From Verrucomicrobiota bacterium (GTDB lineage Bacteria > Verrucomicrobiota > Verrucomicrobiia > Opitutales > Cerasicoccaceae), in NCBI GenBank assembly GCA_039818205.1, contig JBCBUK010000008.1, positions 1 to 64,000 of the forward strand: a stretch of DNA of 64,000 nucleotides, read 5' to 3'. This document shows positions 1-10,900 of the stretch, one piece after another (position 1 is the first letter of the stretch; each line of letters opens with the position of its first letter). The position numbers and the translations under genes were made by a program. The notes beneath the pieces were generated by a model. That model saw nothing but the letters and a program-made list of their open reading frames with translations, was not told the origin of the DNA and made no database searches.

Positions 1-140
1 AGTGCCTGACTGGATTCAACGGCACGTTGGCGTTCGAGCAATGCGAGTGCCTGACTGGATCCAACGGCACGTTGGCGTTCGAGCAATGCGAGTGCCTGAC
101 TGGATCCAACGGCACGTTGGCGGATTCAATGGCAGGTTGA
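1..140. repeat. 45-bp tandem repeat (about 2.7 copies plus a degenerate tail), truncated by the window edge
   Basis: Unit AGTGCCTGACTGGAT(T/C)CAACGGCACGTTGGCGTTCGAGCAATGCG at 1-45, 46-90 and partially at 91-122; internal hairpin CCAACG-gca-CGTTGG. Confidence 0.95.
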
Positions 141-198
141 GTTAATTCGGGCTGGCGTTTGTTCCAAATGAAGGTTTATTTCCATTGGCTTTGATTAG

Positions 199-2118
199 AT
201 GAGCGACTTGATCAAGCACGAGTGCGGTATTGCCATGGTTCGGCTGTTAAAGCCCCTGGATTACTACCAACAGAAATACGACAGCCTGCTTTACGGCTTT
301 AACAAGCTGTTCCTGTTGATGGAAAAGCAGCACAACCGTGGCCAGGATGGAGCGGGAATCGGTTGTGTGAAACTTGACATGCCACCGGGCGAGCCCTTCA
401 TGGAACGGGAGCGAGACAACGGGCGAAATCCCATTGCTGCCGTGGTCAAAAAGATCATGAAGAGCTACCAGAAGGCGCTCACCAAGGACCTGATCGTTCC
501 AGAGTTTCCGGATACCTTTAAAAAGAATTTTGCCTTTGGCGGTGAGATTTTGATGGGGCACCTGCGTTACGGCACCTCGGGAGGGTACGATAAGAGCGTT
601 TGCCAACCGTATTTTCGCCGGAGCCCTTGGCCAACGCGCAACCTGATGCTAGCTGGGAACTTCAACATGACCAATGTGGAGGACCTGAATGCGAAGCTCA
701 TCAATCGTGGGGCACATCCAATTTTCAACACGGACACGCAAACCGTTCTCGAGGAGATTGGTTACCATCTCGATGAAGAGCACCAGCGTCTCTACCACGA
801 GTTGCGGGATCAAGATGTGCCGAGCGACCAGATCGCGGCCATCATTAGCGAGCGGATTGATGTTGCCGCAACCTTGAGGGCGGCGGCCGAAGACTGGGAT
901 GGCGGCTATACTTTGGCGGGTTTGCTCGGCAATGGTGATTGCTTCGTCACTCGTGATCCATTGGGAATTCGCCCGGCTTTCTACATCGCTACCGATGAAG
1001 TCGTGGCCTTTGCATCCGAGCGGGTTGCGTTGATGACGATCTTTGATTTGCATGCTGAAGATGTGCATGAAGTCGAGCCGGGCTCGGCCGTCGTGGTGAA
1101 GTCCAACGGCTCGCTGCATGTTGGCCAGGTCCGTGATACCGCCCCTGAGATTGCGCCGTGTTCGTTTGAACGAATTTATTTTAGTCGCGGAAACGACCCC
1201 GACATCTATGCAGAGCGCAAGAAGTTGGGTGGTGCCTTGTCGGATCAGATTCTGGAGACAATCGATGACGATTTCGCGAACAGCGTCTTCAGCTTTATCC
1301 CGAACACAGCCGAAATTGCCTACTACGGATTGATGGATGAGTTGCGATTGCGTCGCCGACATCAGGTGAAAGCGTCGCTGCTTGCCGCACAAGCTAAAGG
1401 CGAGTTCAACGAAGAATTGCTCGATGAGCTGATCATGGCCAACTGGCCTCGCGGTGAAAAAATTGCCCACAAAGACATCAAGCTCCGGACCTTTATAAGC
1501 CAGGAGCAAAATCGGGTGCAGTTGGCGTCTCACGTCTACGACATCACTTACGGCCAGATCTCACCAGGCGTCGACAACCTCGTTTGTATTGACGACTCCA
1601 TTGTGCGGGGAACGACCTTACGCCGTTCGATCCTGCGAATCCTTTCCAAGACCGATCCAAAGCAAATCGTCATCGCATCGACCGCTCCACAAATTCGTTA
1701 TCCGGATTGTTACGGCATTGATATGTCCGAAATGGGGAAATTCATTGCCTTCCAAGCAACGGTCGAACTGCTCAATGAGACTGGCGCAGCGAATCTGATC
1801 ACCGAGGTCTATCAAGACTGTATCGCGCAGGCGGAGAAGCCCGCAGCGGAGATGGTCAATCATGTGAAGCGTCTCTATGATCACTTCACACCGGAGCGGA
1901 TTTCCGAGAAGATTGCTGACCTCGTTCGCCCAAAGCACAATGGCTGGAAGGGCGAGGTTAAAGTCATCTATCAGAACATCGAAAATCTGCACAAAAGCTG
2001 CCCCAACAACTCGGGCGATTGGTACTTCACGGGCGTTTACCCGACGGTTGGTGGTTACGCCGTGCTCAACCGAGCATTCATCAACTATTACGAAAAGCGC
2101 GAAGGTCGCAGCTACTAA
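199..2118 (+). CDS. purF: Amidophosphoribosyltransferase (long form)
   Basis: Propeptide followed by N-terminal nucleophile CG (HECGIA), QHNRGQDGAG, GHLRYGT, PRT motif IDDSIVRGTT, CYGIDM. Confidence 0.95.
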   Translation: MSDLIKHECGIAMVRLLKPLDYYQQKYDSLLYGFNKLFLLMEKQHNRGQDGAGIGCVKLDMPPGEPFMERERDNGRNPIAAVVKKIMKSYQKALTKDLIVPEFPDTFKKNFAFGGEILMGHLRYGTSGGYDKSVCQPYFRRSPWPTRNLMLAGNFNMTNVEDLNAKLINRGAHPIFNTDTQTVLEEIGYHLDEEHQRLYHELRDQDVPSDQIAAIISERIDVAATLRAAAEDWDGGYTLAGLLGNGDCFVTRDPLGIRPAFYIATDEVVAFASERVALMTIFDLHAEDVHEVEPGSAVVVKSNGSLHVGQVRDTAPEIAPCSFERIYFSRGNDPDIYAERKKLGGALSDQILETIDDDFANSVFSFIPNTAEIAYYGLMDELRLRRRHQVKASLLAAQAKGEFNEELLDELIMANWPRGEKIAHKDIKLRTFISQEQNRVQLASHVYDITYGQISPGVDNLVCIDDSIVRGTTLRRSILRILSKTDPKQIVIASTAPQIRYPDCYGIDMSEMGKFIAFQATVELLNETGAANLITEVYQDCIAQAEKPAAEMVNHVKRLYDHFTPERISEKIADLVRPKHNGWKGEVKVIYQNIENLHKSCPNNSGDWYFTGVYPTVGGYAVLNRAFINYYEKREGRSY

Positions 2119-2121
2119 ACG

Positions 2122-2502
2122 ATGGGTGAGTTAGTCGGTTTAGTCGTCGCAATTGTTTTCCTGCTGATCCTGTTGTGGGTCGCTACTCTGACGCTGCGGA
2201 TTGGGGCAAATTGGGCTGGCATTGCCAAGGCCAAGAATACGATTGGGCGCGCTGCGATCGCGCTTTTCTGTAGCTGGTTGGTTATTGGGTTTTTCGGAGG
2301 AAGCGGCTCGTTCATCCCTGGTATTGGCAATGTGCTTGGCGTCATTGTTGGTATTGCGATTAACGGGCTAATCGTCGGGGCGGTTTATGGCGTGAAATTC
2401 GGGAAAGGTGTGCAAATCTACCTGCTCTCAATCGTCGCCCAGATCGTAGTTATTATTGTGGCCGTCTTGGTTCTAGGGCTGCTCGGCGTTTCCCTGGCCT
2501 AA
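2122..2502 (+). CDS. Small hydrophobic membrane protein (about 4 TM)
   Basis: Highly hydrophobic 126 aa ORF packed between purF and dtd. Confidence 0.8.
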   Translation: MGELVGLVVAIVFLLILLWVATLTLRIGANWAGIAKAKNTIGRAAIALFCSWLVIGFFGGSGSFIPGIGNVLGVIVGIAINGLIVGAVYGVKFGKGVQIYLLSIVAQIVVIIVAVLVLGLLGVSLA

Positions 2503-2503
2503 G

Positions 2504-2959
2504 ATGAGACTGGTCATACAACGCGTTTCCCGAGCGGTGTGCCGGGTCGATGGAAAAATCACCGGCGAGATCGACGCAGGCTTGTTGGTGTTCGTGGGAG
2601 TCGGGCAGGGCGACGAGCTGTCCGATGTGGAATGGCTCGTCCGCAAGGTGGCCGGACTGCGCGTCTTCGAGGACGACGAAGGCCGGATGAATCGCTCGCT
2701 ACTGGACCATGGCGGGAGCGTTCTGGCCATCAGCCAATTCACGCTTTATGGGAGCTTGAAGAAGGGGTCGCGCCCTTCGTTCAACCGATCAGCGGATCCC
2801 GAGACCGGCAATGAGCTGTTTGAACGGTTCAAGGAGAAGCTCGCCGAGGAACTTAAAAAGCCGGTGGCGAGCGGGATTTTTGCCGCCGATATGAAGATCG
2901 AAGCCCACAACGACGGCCCAGTTACGTTGATCGTCGACTCTCGCCAACGGGACTTCTAG
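2504..2959 (+). CDS. dtd: D-aminoacyl-tRNA deacylase
   Basis: MRLVIQRV start, SQFTL motif, NDGPVT motif. Confidence 0.97.
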   Translation: MRLVIQRVSRAVCRVDGKITGEIDAGLLVFVGVGQGDELSDVEWLVRKVAGLRVFEDDEGRMNRSLLDHGGSVLAISQFTLYGSLKKGSRPSFNRSADPETGNELFERFKEKLAEELKKPVASGIFAADMKIEAHNDGPVTLIVDSRQRDF

Positions 2960-2960
2960 T

Positions 2961-3443
2961 TCAACGCCGCCCCCAGCGAATGGTCTCGAATTCGGGGTGG
3001 TCGACGAGCCGCTCAATCGGTCGAAACTGATCCTCAAAGACGGGAAACCAAGCGTCGCCGGCAGGTGTCATCTTCACTCGACTCAAAAGAATTTCGGAGC
3101 ACTTCGGCAATAGTTGCCGGTAGATCTCTCCGCCTCCAGCAATAAATACGGTACGCTCACCCGCATCAACGTCATACAGATCGTCGAGGGATCGAATGAT
3201 GGTTGCTCCTGAGATTTCGTCAACCGTCGCGGTTCGGGAAACAACGATGGTCTCGCGACCAGGCAGGGGGCGTCCGATGGAATCCCACGTTTTGCGGCCC
3301 ATCACGAGCACATGACCCATGGTCGTTTTTTTGAAGAACTTGAAGTCGTCAGCAATATGCCACGGTATCTGATTGCCCGCGCCAATGACCCGATTCTCCG
3401 CCATCGCGGCGATCGCGATCCATTTGGTTGGATTCAAGGGCAT
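2961..3443 (-). CDS. folA: Dihydrofolate reductase
   Basis: NRVIG..NQIPW, MGRKTWDSIGRPLPGR, GGGEIY, GDAWFP; directly downstream of thyA. Confidence 0.96.
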   Translation of the reverse strand: MPLNPTKWIAIAAMAENRVIGAGNQIPWHIADDFKFFKKTTMGHVLVMGRKTWDSIGRPLPGRETIVVSRTATVDEISGATIIRSLDDLYDVDAGERTVFIAGGGEIYRQLLPKCSEILLSRVKMTPAGDAWFPVFEDQFRPIERLVDHPEFETIRWGRR

Positions 3444-3445
3444 GC

Positions 3446-4282
3446 TTAGACCGCGATGGGTGCTTTGATGCCCGGCATGGGCTCGTAGCCAATGAGCTCA
3501 ACGTCCTCGAACTCGAAATCCTCAAGGCGGGTCTTTTCGGGGTTCAGTTTCACCTGCGGCAGCGCTTTGGGTTCGCGGCTGAGCTGCTTTTCGACCTGGT
3601 CAAAGTGATTCGAGTAAATGTGGAGATCGCCAAAAGTGTGGACAAACTCCTTGGGCTTGAGACCCGTCACCTGAGCGACCATTTGAGTCAGCAACGCATA
3701 GGATGCGATGTTGAACGGCACCCCGAGAAAAAGATCGGCACTGCGTTGATACAGTTGGCACGAAAGGCCGCCGTCGACCGAGACATAGAACTGAAAAAGA
3801 GCGTGGCAGGGCGGGAGCGCCATCTTGCCTTGGCTCGCATTCACCTGTGGCGCGACGGTTTCATCGGGCAAGTCGGATGGATTCCAACCGGTTACAATAT
3901 GGCGGCGGCTGTGTGGCTTTTTCTTGAGCCCCTCCACCAATTCGTCGAGTTGATTGATTTTGCGCCCGTCCGGCGTTTGCCAATCCGTCCACTGGGCCCC
4001 ATAGACGCGGCCGAGACTGCCGGTTTCATCCGCCCACTCATCCCAGATCGAGACGCCGCGCTCCTGCAGCCATTTGACGTTGGTTTCGCCGCGGAGAAAC
4101 CACAGCAATTCGTAGACGACAGACTTCCAGTGGACCTTTTTGGTCGTTACGAGGGGGAAATCTGGGGAAAGCGAGTAGCGCGCTTGAGCGCCAAAAACGG
4201 ATCGTGTGCCCACGCCGGTGCGGTCTTTTCGGTCCTCACCATTGGCCATCACGTGGCGAAGTAGTTCAAGATAGGTCTTCAT
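3446..4282 (-). CDS. thyA: Thymidylate synthase
   Basis: DRTGVGT, MALPPCH catalytic Cys, [18 protein letters not shown]. Confidence 0.98.
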   Translation of the reverse strand: MKTYLELLRHVMANGEDRKDRTGVGTRSVFGAQARYSLSPDFPLVTTKKVHWKSVVYELLWFLRGETNVKWLQERGVSIWDEWADETGSLGRVYGAQWTDWQTPDGRKINQLDELVEGLKKKPHSRRHIVTGWNPSDLPDETVAPQVNASQGKMALPPCHALFQFYVSVDGGLSCQLYQRSADLFLGVPFNIASYALLTQMVAQVTGLKPKEFVHTFGDLHIYSNHFDQVEKQLSREPKALPQVKLNPEKTRLEDFEFEDVELIGYEPMPGIKAPIAV

Positions 4283-4425
4283 CTAATACGAGTCACTCAA
4301 GCGTATTCGGAATATGATCCAAGGCAAATTTTTCGAATCCGTAACTTCAATCGAAAGAAAAGTCAAAAATCCCGGCTTCGCCGAAGGACTTGCGGTTTCC
4401 TGTGGGAAATGATAGTAGATACCAG

Positions 4426-5130
4426 ATGTTTTCGAAAATCCACGCATATATCGCCCTTTTCTCTGTGATGATTGTCATTGGGCTGAGTGCCTTGGATGCC
4501 AAACCTCGTCGCCTGTCTGACCTTGGCTCTTCCAATTCCCTGACCGATGAAAAGTTTGATGTGGGAGAGTCCTCCAGCCCCCGCGGTGATCGTATGTTTG
4601 GGGATAACCGCGTGAATTTCGGCGAATGGCACGGCACCTATTCCAGCATTGGCGAGAAGCGGATGGATACGCTCAAGCAGCGGGGTGGAAAGCAGTTTTC
4701 GACCGGCGAGGTTAGCTACGATCGATTTGAGCGCGAGCGCGCGACCATCAGTTTGGACACCGACGACCGCAAGTTGGCCACGATCCAGAACTGGAACACC
4801 GTTCGCGACAACGTGATGTCGGACAAATTTAGCAATACGGAAATGCAAACCCCTGAAGCCAGGAAGTTTTCCGAGATGGTCGATGAGGTTTCCTTGCGTG
4901 ATATCAACCGTTTTCAGTTCATGAAGAACAAAACGGACGAGGGAATTCCCGTTCAACAAGCCGGCACGGATTCAGGTCCCCAGCTGAATGATAAGCACAA
5001 GCGCGTCATGGCTCGGATCGATGGGCAGGACTCAGCCGTTTCGACCTACGAGGAACAGGGCGCAGAAAGCGTTCAGGATGGTCAATCGGGTGACGATAAG
5101 GGCTTTTTCGAGTCGCTTTTTGATTGGTAG
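4426..5130 (+). CDS. Hypothetical exported protein
   Basis: ORF with hydrophobic N-terminus (ALFSVMIVIGLSALDA); ATG 4426 chosen as start. Confidence 0.7.
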   Translation: MFSKIHAYIALFSVMIVIGLSALDAKPRRLSDLGSSNSLTDEKFDVGESSSPRGDRMFGDNRVNFGEWHGTYSSIGEKRMDTLKQRGGKQFSTGEVSYDRFERERATISLDTDDRKLATIQNWNTVRDNVMSDKFSNTEMQTPEARKFSEMVDEVSLRDINRFQFMKNKTDEGIPVQQAGTDSGPQLNDKHKRVMARIDGQDSAVSTYEEQGAESVQDGQSGDDKGFFESLFDW

Positions 5131-5169
5131 GACTTGATCCCGGGCCAGGGAACGGATTTGATCCCGCCC

Positions 5170-6210
5170 ATGCCCGAAAAAGATCTGTGGCCGCAGCTAC
5201 CCCCGCACGTCTCTTTTCCTGAGGAGTGGGAACACATCGCATCACATGGAGTGGGCAAGTTTGTGACCCGGGTTTTGCATCGCTTACCGTCTGGGCACAT
5301 CCACATTTGGACCTCCCGCCGTCACCGTAAACGCCGCGGAGGGGTGATTCACGATGGATCAAGTAAACTGGCCCAATCGGACAGCGGTCGGCTCGACGTA
5401 CAGGCTGTGCACCAAGAGACTCGCGGAAAACCCCGCTCCTGGAAGTGGTGGGGCTGGCGGTTGAAGTCCCTGTCCTGGTGGCTCGGGCTAATCTTCTTCC
5501 TCGGCTCGATTTGTTTTGTAGTGGGTACGGTGCCCGTCGCGTTCCCTGTCGTGCTCGAATGGATCAATCTGCCACCGTACAATTTTGGATTAGTCTGTTT
5601 CATCGGGTCGGTGTTTTTCACATTCGGGAGTTACCTTTTGCTCCTGGAGGCTCTCAATGCTGATCTCGATATTACCCTGCAAATGAAAGCAGGGCATCTG
5701 GAGCGTTACCTGACGGGGCAACCTTACATTTACCCCTCAATCCCCAGAATTCGTTGGATCGGGTGGGAGCCCAAACGGCTGGATTTTCTCATTGCGATCG
5801 TTCAATTGAGCGGGGCGATTATCTTTAATATAAACTGCGGGATGGCCCTGGTCGAGGGGATGAATTGGCTCTGGATTGATATCTTGGTCTGGACCCCGAG
5901 CACCCTCGCATCCTGCTGCTTTGTGACAGCGGGATATCTTGGCATCGTCGAGGTCGCTCACCGCCCATGGGCGTGGCTGTTGTGGGATATGACCTGGTGG
6001 ATTAACTGGTTCTCGTTGCTGGGTTCCTTGGGCTTCCTGATCTCGAGCTTGGTTGGCTACTTTGGCCAAGGTCCCATTGTTTTACCCCAATGGTTCGGGA
6101 ACTATTTCGCACTCATGATGGGGTCTTGGTTTTTCCTCGCCAGCACCTACCTCCTGGTCCCGGAAACGCTGATCGAGGAAAAAAGCAGCACGGTGTTGGA
6201 GTCAAAATAG
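5170..6210 (+). CDS. Integral membrane protein, YrhK-like helices with N-terminal WTSRRHRK motif
   Basis: 6-7 TM segments with repeated F..GS..F pattern; start uncertain (5134 or 5170). Confidence 0.7.
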   Translation: MPEKDLWPQLPPHVSFPEEWEHIASHGVGKFVTRVLHRLPSGHIHIWTSRRHRKRRGGVIHDGSSKLAQSDSGRLDVQAVHQETRGKPRSWKWWGWRLKSLSWWLGLIFFLGSICFVVGTVPVAFPVVLEWINLPPYNFGLVCFIGSVFFTFGSYLLLLEALNADLDITLQMKAGHLERYLTGQPYIYPSIPRIRWIGWEPKRLDFLIAIVQLSGAIIFNINCGMALVEGMNWLWIDILVWTPSTLASCCFVTAGYLGIVEVAHRPWAWLLWDMTWWINWFSLLGSLGFLISSLVGYFGQGPIVLPQWFGNYFALMMGSWFFLASTYLLVPETLIEEKSSTVLESK

Positions 6211-6248
6211 GCTGGAAATTTATCAGGCGTGCCGTTCGATTGTTTACT

Positions 6249-6869
6249 ATGAACAAATGCTTGAGCGGGTTCGCGGTCTTCGGGCTGATGATTATCTTAG
6301 TGGGTTGCGAGTCATCCGAGGCGACCGACACCCATCTTCGGGGTCGCCAAGTTGTGAATACCACAATGGGAATACAGGGATTCCGCTTCGATATTCCTGC
6401 TGGCTATACGATGGTCGATGCCGATGAGGCTGACGGGCCTTATCGTGAAGAGATCGCCTATTATCTTCATCATCAGGAACTTTTGGCTCACGGCAATGGC
6501 TCGACCTTGCTGGAGTCACTGTTGTTCTCTGACGGTAAATCGGCAATTGTCTTCTCAGTAGTCGACCAACGGATGGATCTACCATTTTCCAAGCTTTCCG
6601 AGTTCCAGCGATATGATATCCTCGAGGGCAGCCTTTTCCGATGGCGCGTCTCAGGCAACCGCGACTTACTCGAAACGGACATCGGGCAGGTGGGTGGACG
6701 AAGCTATGCGATGGCGGTTCGTGGCGTTGCCAACGGTTTCGTGGAGCTCACTTATGTGATATTGGGGAACGTCAACGAAACCTACTTCTTTGTGGGGGCA
6801 ACCCACCAAAATGAAGCCGCCTCAATGCGTTCGGCAATGCGCTCGATGATCTCGACTTTTCGCAATTAA
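6249..6869 (+). CDS. Putative lipoprotein, unknown function
   Basis: ATG 6249 gives MNKCLSGFAVFGLMIILVG-C with a lipobox. Confidence 0.7.
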   Translation: MNKCLSGFAVFGLMIILVGCESSEATDTHLRGRQVVNTTMGIQGFRFDIPAGYTMVDADEADGPYREEIAYYLHHQELLAHGNGSTLLESLLFSDGKSAIVFSVVDQRMDLPFSKLSEFQRYDILEGSLFRWRVSGNRDLLETDIGQVGGRSYAMAVRGVANGFVELTYVILGNVNETYFFVGATHQNEAASMRSAMRSMISTFRN

Positions 6870-7070
6870 CCAGGACGAAGAACAAGCCGTTTGATCACCT
6901 CAAAATTACCCAGTGCGTCTGAGCCCGAGTCTCATTCTCTAGGTTGTTTTCTAATCTCCCAATTAACCGAAGCTAATGAATTTCGATTCCAGCGCTTTAG
7001 TTGTTTTTTATAGTCATTTTGGGGTTGATTAGGAAAAAGAATCGTCCCTTACTGACTCGCTTTCTTGCTC

Positions 7071-7259
7071 ATGGCTGACACTAACACGCATAGGAAAACT
7101 TTTCTACAGGGGGTTGCTGCAATTGCGGCGGGCGCACTGTTTTTACCGCGCAAGTCGGATGCGGCTTCTACGCCCGAAGCATCGTCGGCTAAAACCGAAC
7201 GCGCAAGCTTCCCCGTGGAAGTTCGCAAGGCACCTCGTGCGGTTGAGCGTCACCGTTAA
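7071..7259 (+). CDS. Small protein with Tat-like N-terminus, first gene before actA
   Basis: HRKTFLQGVAAIAAGALFLPRKSDA resembles the S/T-R-R-x-F-L-K Tat motif (RK variant) plus h-region; ends 36 nt before actA. Confidence 0.6.
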   Translation: MADTNTHRKTFLQGVAAIAAGALFLPRKSDAASTPEASSAKTERASFPVEVRKAPRAVERHR

Positions 7260-7295
7260 TCGGCGCCAAATCGGCAAGCAATTACGGATACTGCA

Positions 7296-7946
7296 ATGAA
7301 TATTTTCCCCAAGTGGAGCAACACCGCGCCCATCAAGATCATCATTTGTTTGGTCTTAACGGTAGGCACCGTTGTTGCCGGGATCACTTACTACGCGACA
7401 CCGAAATACCTGCGTGTTGGCTATGAGCCAATCCAGCCGGTAGCTTTCGATCACTCGCTGCACGTAACGCAGCTGGGTATGGATTGTCGTTATTGCCATA
7501 CTTACGTAGACCGCTCCGAGCACTCAAATGTTCCCGCGGCTTCGACCTGTATGAATTGCCACAACCAAGTTCAGGCAAACAGCCCGAAATTGGCACCCAT
7601 CCGCAACAGCTATGAGTCGGGCGAACCCGTGCCGTGGGTGAAGATTCACCGGACTCCCGACTACGTCTACTTCAATCACTCGGTTCACATTAACCGCGGA
7701 ATTTCTTGTGTGCACTGTCATGGTGAGGTCCAGAACATGGAAGAGGTTTATCATGCAAAACCACTTTCGATGGCCTTCTGCTTAGAGTGTCACCGCAACC
7801 CAGAAAACTTTATTCGGCCAATCGACGAAGTCACTAACCTTGACTTCAAATACGATAGCCGTGAGGAGCAGATCGAGCAGGGCACAAAGTTCGTGCACGA
7901 CTGGAAAGTTAACCCGCCACAGAGCTGTTCCGGATGCCACCGATGA
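7296..7946 (+). CDS. actA: Alternative complex III pentaheme cytochrome c subunit
   Basis: N-terminal TM; five CxxCH motifs (CRYCH, CMNCH, CVHCH, CLECH, CSGCH); QPVAFDH. Confidence 0.93.
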   Translation: MNIFPKWSNTAPIKIIICLVLTVGTVVAGITYYATPKYLRVGYEPIQPVAFDHSLHVTQLGMDCRYCHTYVDRSEHSNVPAASTCMNCHNQVQANSPKLAPIRNSYESGEPVPWVKIHRTPDYVYFNHSVHINRGISCVHCHGEVQNMEEVYHAKPLSMAFCLECHRNPENFIRPIDEVTNLDFKYDSREEQIEQGTKFVHDWKVNPPQSCSGCHR

Positions 7947-10900
7947 AGCGTAAATTTCAACACCCTGAGCCCACTGAGCGTGATCTCGCTGCACCGGTTT
8001 ACTGGCGCAGCCCTGGCGAGCTTGCTAAGTCGCCTGAGTTCCAACAATGGTTGGACAACGAGTTCCCGGAGGGCGCTACCGAGGCGAATGAGACTGATCG
8101 CCGCAGTTTCCTCAAACTGATGGGAGCCTCAGCGGGTCTTGCCGGTATCGGTCTCGCCGGTTGCCGAATGCCGACCAAGCACATCCTGCCATACTCGAAG
8201 CAGCCCGAGCTCATGGTGCCAGGCGTGCCGATGTATTATGCATCGTCTTTTCCAGGATCCTCGGAAAATATTCCTTTGGTTATTGAGACCAATGATGGTC
8301 GCCCGACCAAGATTGAAGGCAACCCCTCTGATCCGGGCTACGGTGGTAGCACTGACGGCTATGCCCAAGCAAGCGTCCTTGATCTCTACGATCCAGACCG
8401 CCTGCAACAGTCTTTCGAAAAGAACAAGCCAGTCAACCGTGCGCGAGTCCGCACTTGGATTCAGGATCTGAACAAGAAGTTCTCCGCGAACGGGGGTAGT
8501 GGATTAGCGATTCTCGCCCAACCCTCTACCTCGCCAACTCGCCGTCGTCTGGTCGCATCGCTCAAAAAACAGTTCCCCAAGATGATTTGGGCTGAGTATG
8601 AGCCAGTTGATACTAGCAAGCCGATTCGCGCCCTCGAGCAGGTAGCCGGAAAGCCACTTCGTCCGTTTTACCAGCTCGATAAGGCAAAGCGTATTCTCGC
8701 TCTCGACAGTGATTTCCTCTCCAGCGAGCCGGGACAACTGCACTACAGCCGAGGTTTTGGGAAATCCCGGAAGGTCACGAGCGCCAAAGACGCCTCGGAA
8801 ATGAACCGCCTCTACGCGGTTGAATCCAATTTCACCTTGACCGGCGGCATGGCTGACCACCGCCTGCGCGCGGCGACTGCTCACATTCCAGCTTTTGCAG
8901 CGTTGTTTGCAGCGGAAATTTTCGAGAAGGCCAAAATGAGCCCCGAGCTCGTTTCTACCCTCCGCGAAAAGGGTAAGGGAATCTCAGTGGATCCCAAGTG
9001 GATCAAGGAATGTGCCATTGATCTCCAGAATCACTCAGGTGAGTCCTTGATCGTGGCTGGCCCACACTTGCCAGAAGAAGTTCATGTCTTGGTCTTCGCG
9101 ATGAACGCGGTTCTCAAGGCTGAAGGCAAGACCGTTGATTACATCGAGCAACCGGCTCTCCCTGAGAACTCGATTGGCGATGTCGTTGAGCAGCTCAACA
9201 AGAAGAAGGTCGACACACTGATCGTTCTTGGCGGCAATCCTGCGTATGATGCACCGGCGGATCTGAACTTTGCGGAAGCTGCGAAGAACGCTAAGACCGT
9301 TCTCTGCCACAGCTACTACAATAACGAGACCACCGAGCTCGCTGCTGGCACAATTGCTTCCACTCACTATCTTGAGAGCTGGGGAGATGGACGGGCGATT
9401 TGCGGTGATTACCTGCCAGTCCAGCCGATGATTTTGCCATTGTTCGATGGCTTTTCCGAACTTGAGGTCGTGGCACTGCTGCAGGGGATCGATCCTGCTG
9501 GCGAGGGTTACGACCTGGTGAAAGAGTCTTTTTCCACCGTTACTGGCAAAGATGACGAAATCAGCTTTGAGAAGTGGCTCGTCGAAGGTGTCTGGCTAGA
9601 CGCGCGTTGGCCCAAGTCCAAGCTCGGGCTTTCATCCGTTTCTAAAGTACGCAAATTGATTGAAGGAGCGGCATTTCCTGCTCCAAAGATTTCCGCTGAC
9701 AGCCTTGAAGTCCGCATCGTTCCTAGTAGCCACGCTTGGGACGGACGCTACAACAACAATGGCTGGTTGATGGAATGCCCAGACCCAATGACCAAGCTCA
9801 CTTGGGATAATGCCATTTTGGTCTCGCCGAAGCTTGGGAAGAAACTGGGTATCACTCCAAGCCCGATCCTCATGGATCAACCTCCGGAACTACTGGAGAA
9901 GTATGCGTTGCACATGAACGCAAATCAGTTCAAGCGTGGCCAAGAGCATGCGAAGATGGGTGAGATTGAGGTCAATGGCGTGAAGGTGCGCGGACCGCTG
10001 CATATCCTCCCCGGACTTGCCGACAACACGATGGTTGTCACACTTGGCTTCGGTCGTGACAAAACCGGTCGAATCGGAACCGTAATTCAGGGGCCAGACA
10101 CCGGCAAAGGAATCGGTTTCAATGCCTACCCGCTGACCAGCAGCGCGTCCATGGGGCATGCAACCGGGGCCAAGGTTACGGTTCTTTCGGACGATTTCCG
10201 CCTTGCGAATACCCAAGAACACTGGTCGATGGAAGGTCGCGCGATCATCCGCGAAGCCGACCAGACCGAATACTCGAAGAACCCGCATTTTGTCGATCAG
10301 ATGGGCATGGAGTCCCATTCGCCCCCCGTTTATGGTGCGGCGCGCAACGATTCAATTGCCGAGAAGGCGCTCGAGGTTCCTCGTGGCGGCTCGATGTATA
10401 AGACGCCGGCTTTTGATGAGCCGCTGCCAAACGTAAAGGTTTGGAATACAGAGGAGGGCAAGAAGCAGTTTCAACCACCTCAGCAGTGGGGGATGAACAT
10501 CGACCTGAATAGCTGCACGGCGTGTAACGCCTGCGTGATAGCCTGTCAGTCCGAAAACAATATCCCGATCGTTGGCAAAGACCAAGTTCTCCGTGGTCGT
10601 GAAATGCATTGGATTCGCTTGGACCGCTACTTTGCGACCGATCCAGGTGCAGACACCACAGAGATTCCAGAGGATCCTCAGGTCAATTTTATGGGAATGG
10701 CTTGCCAACACTGTGAGTTGGCGCCGTGTGAATCAGTTTGCCCGGTTAATGCGACCGTTCATGATGAGCAAGGCTTGAACACAATGGCCTACAACCGTTG
10801 CGTTGGAACGCGTTACTGCGCCAACAACTGCCCATATAAAGTTCGTCGATTCAACTTCTTTGATTACAATAAGCGGGAGCGCGCCGATTTCTACGCCGGC

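Noticed and set aside
1..140. Possible CRISPR array
   Set aside because: Units are contiguous and near-identical with no unique spacers, and there are no cas genes.
649..1533. 294-aa minus-strand ORF
   Set aside because: Antisense shadow of purF.
3428..4264. 278-aa plus-strand ORF
   Set aside because: Antisense shadow of thyA with no protein motifs.
6090..6248. N-terminal extension of the lipoprotein ORF
   Set aside because: Overlaps the upstream gene; ATG 6249 gives a clean lipoprotein signal.
6889..6906. FNR-like box TTGATcaccTCAAA upstream of the ACIII operon
   Set aside because: The second half-site is out of register with TTGAT-N4-ATCAA.
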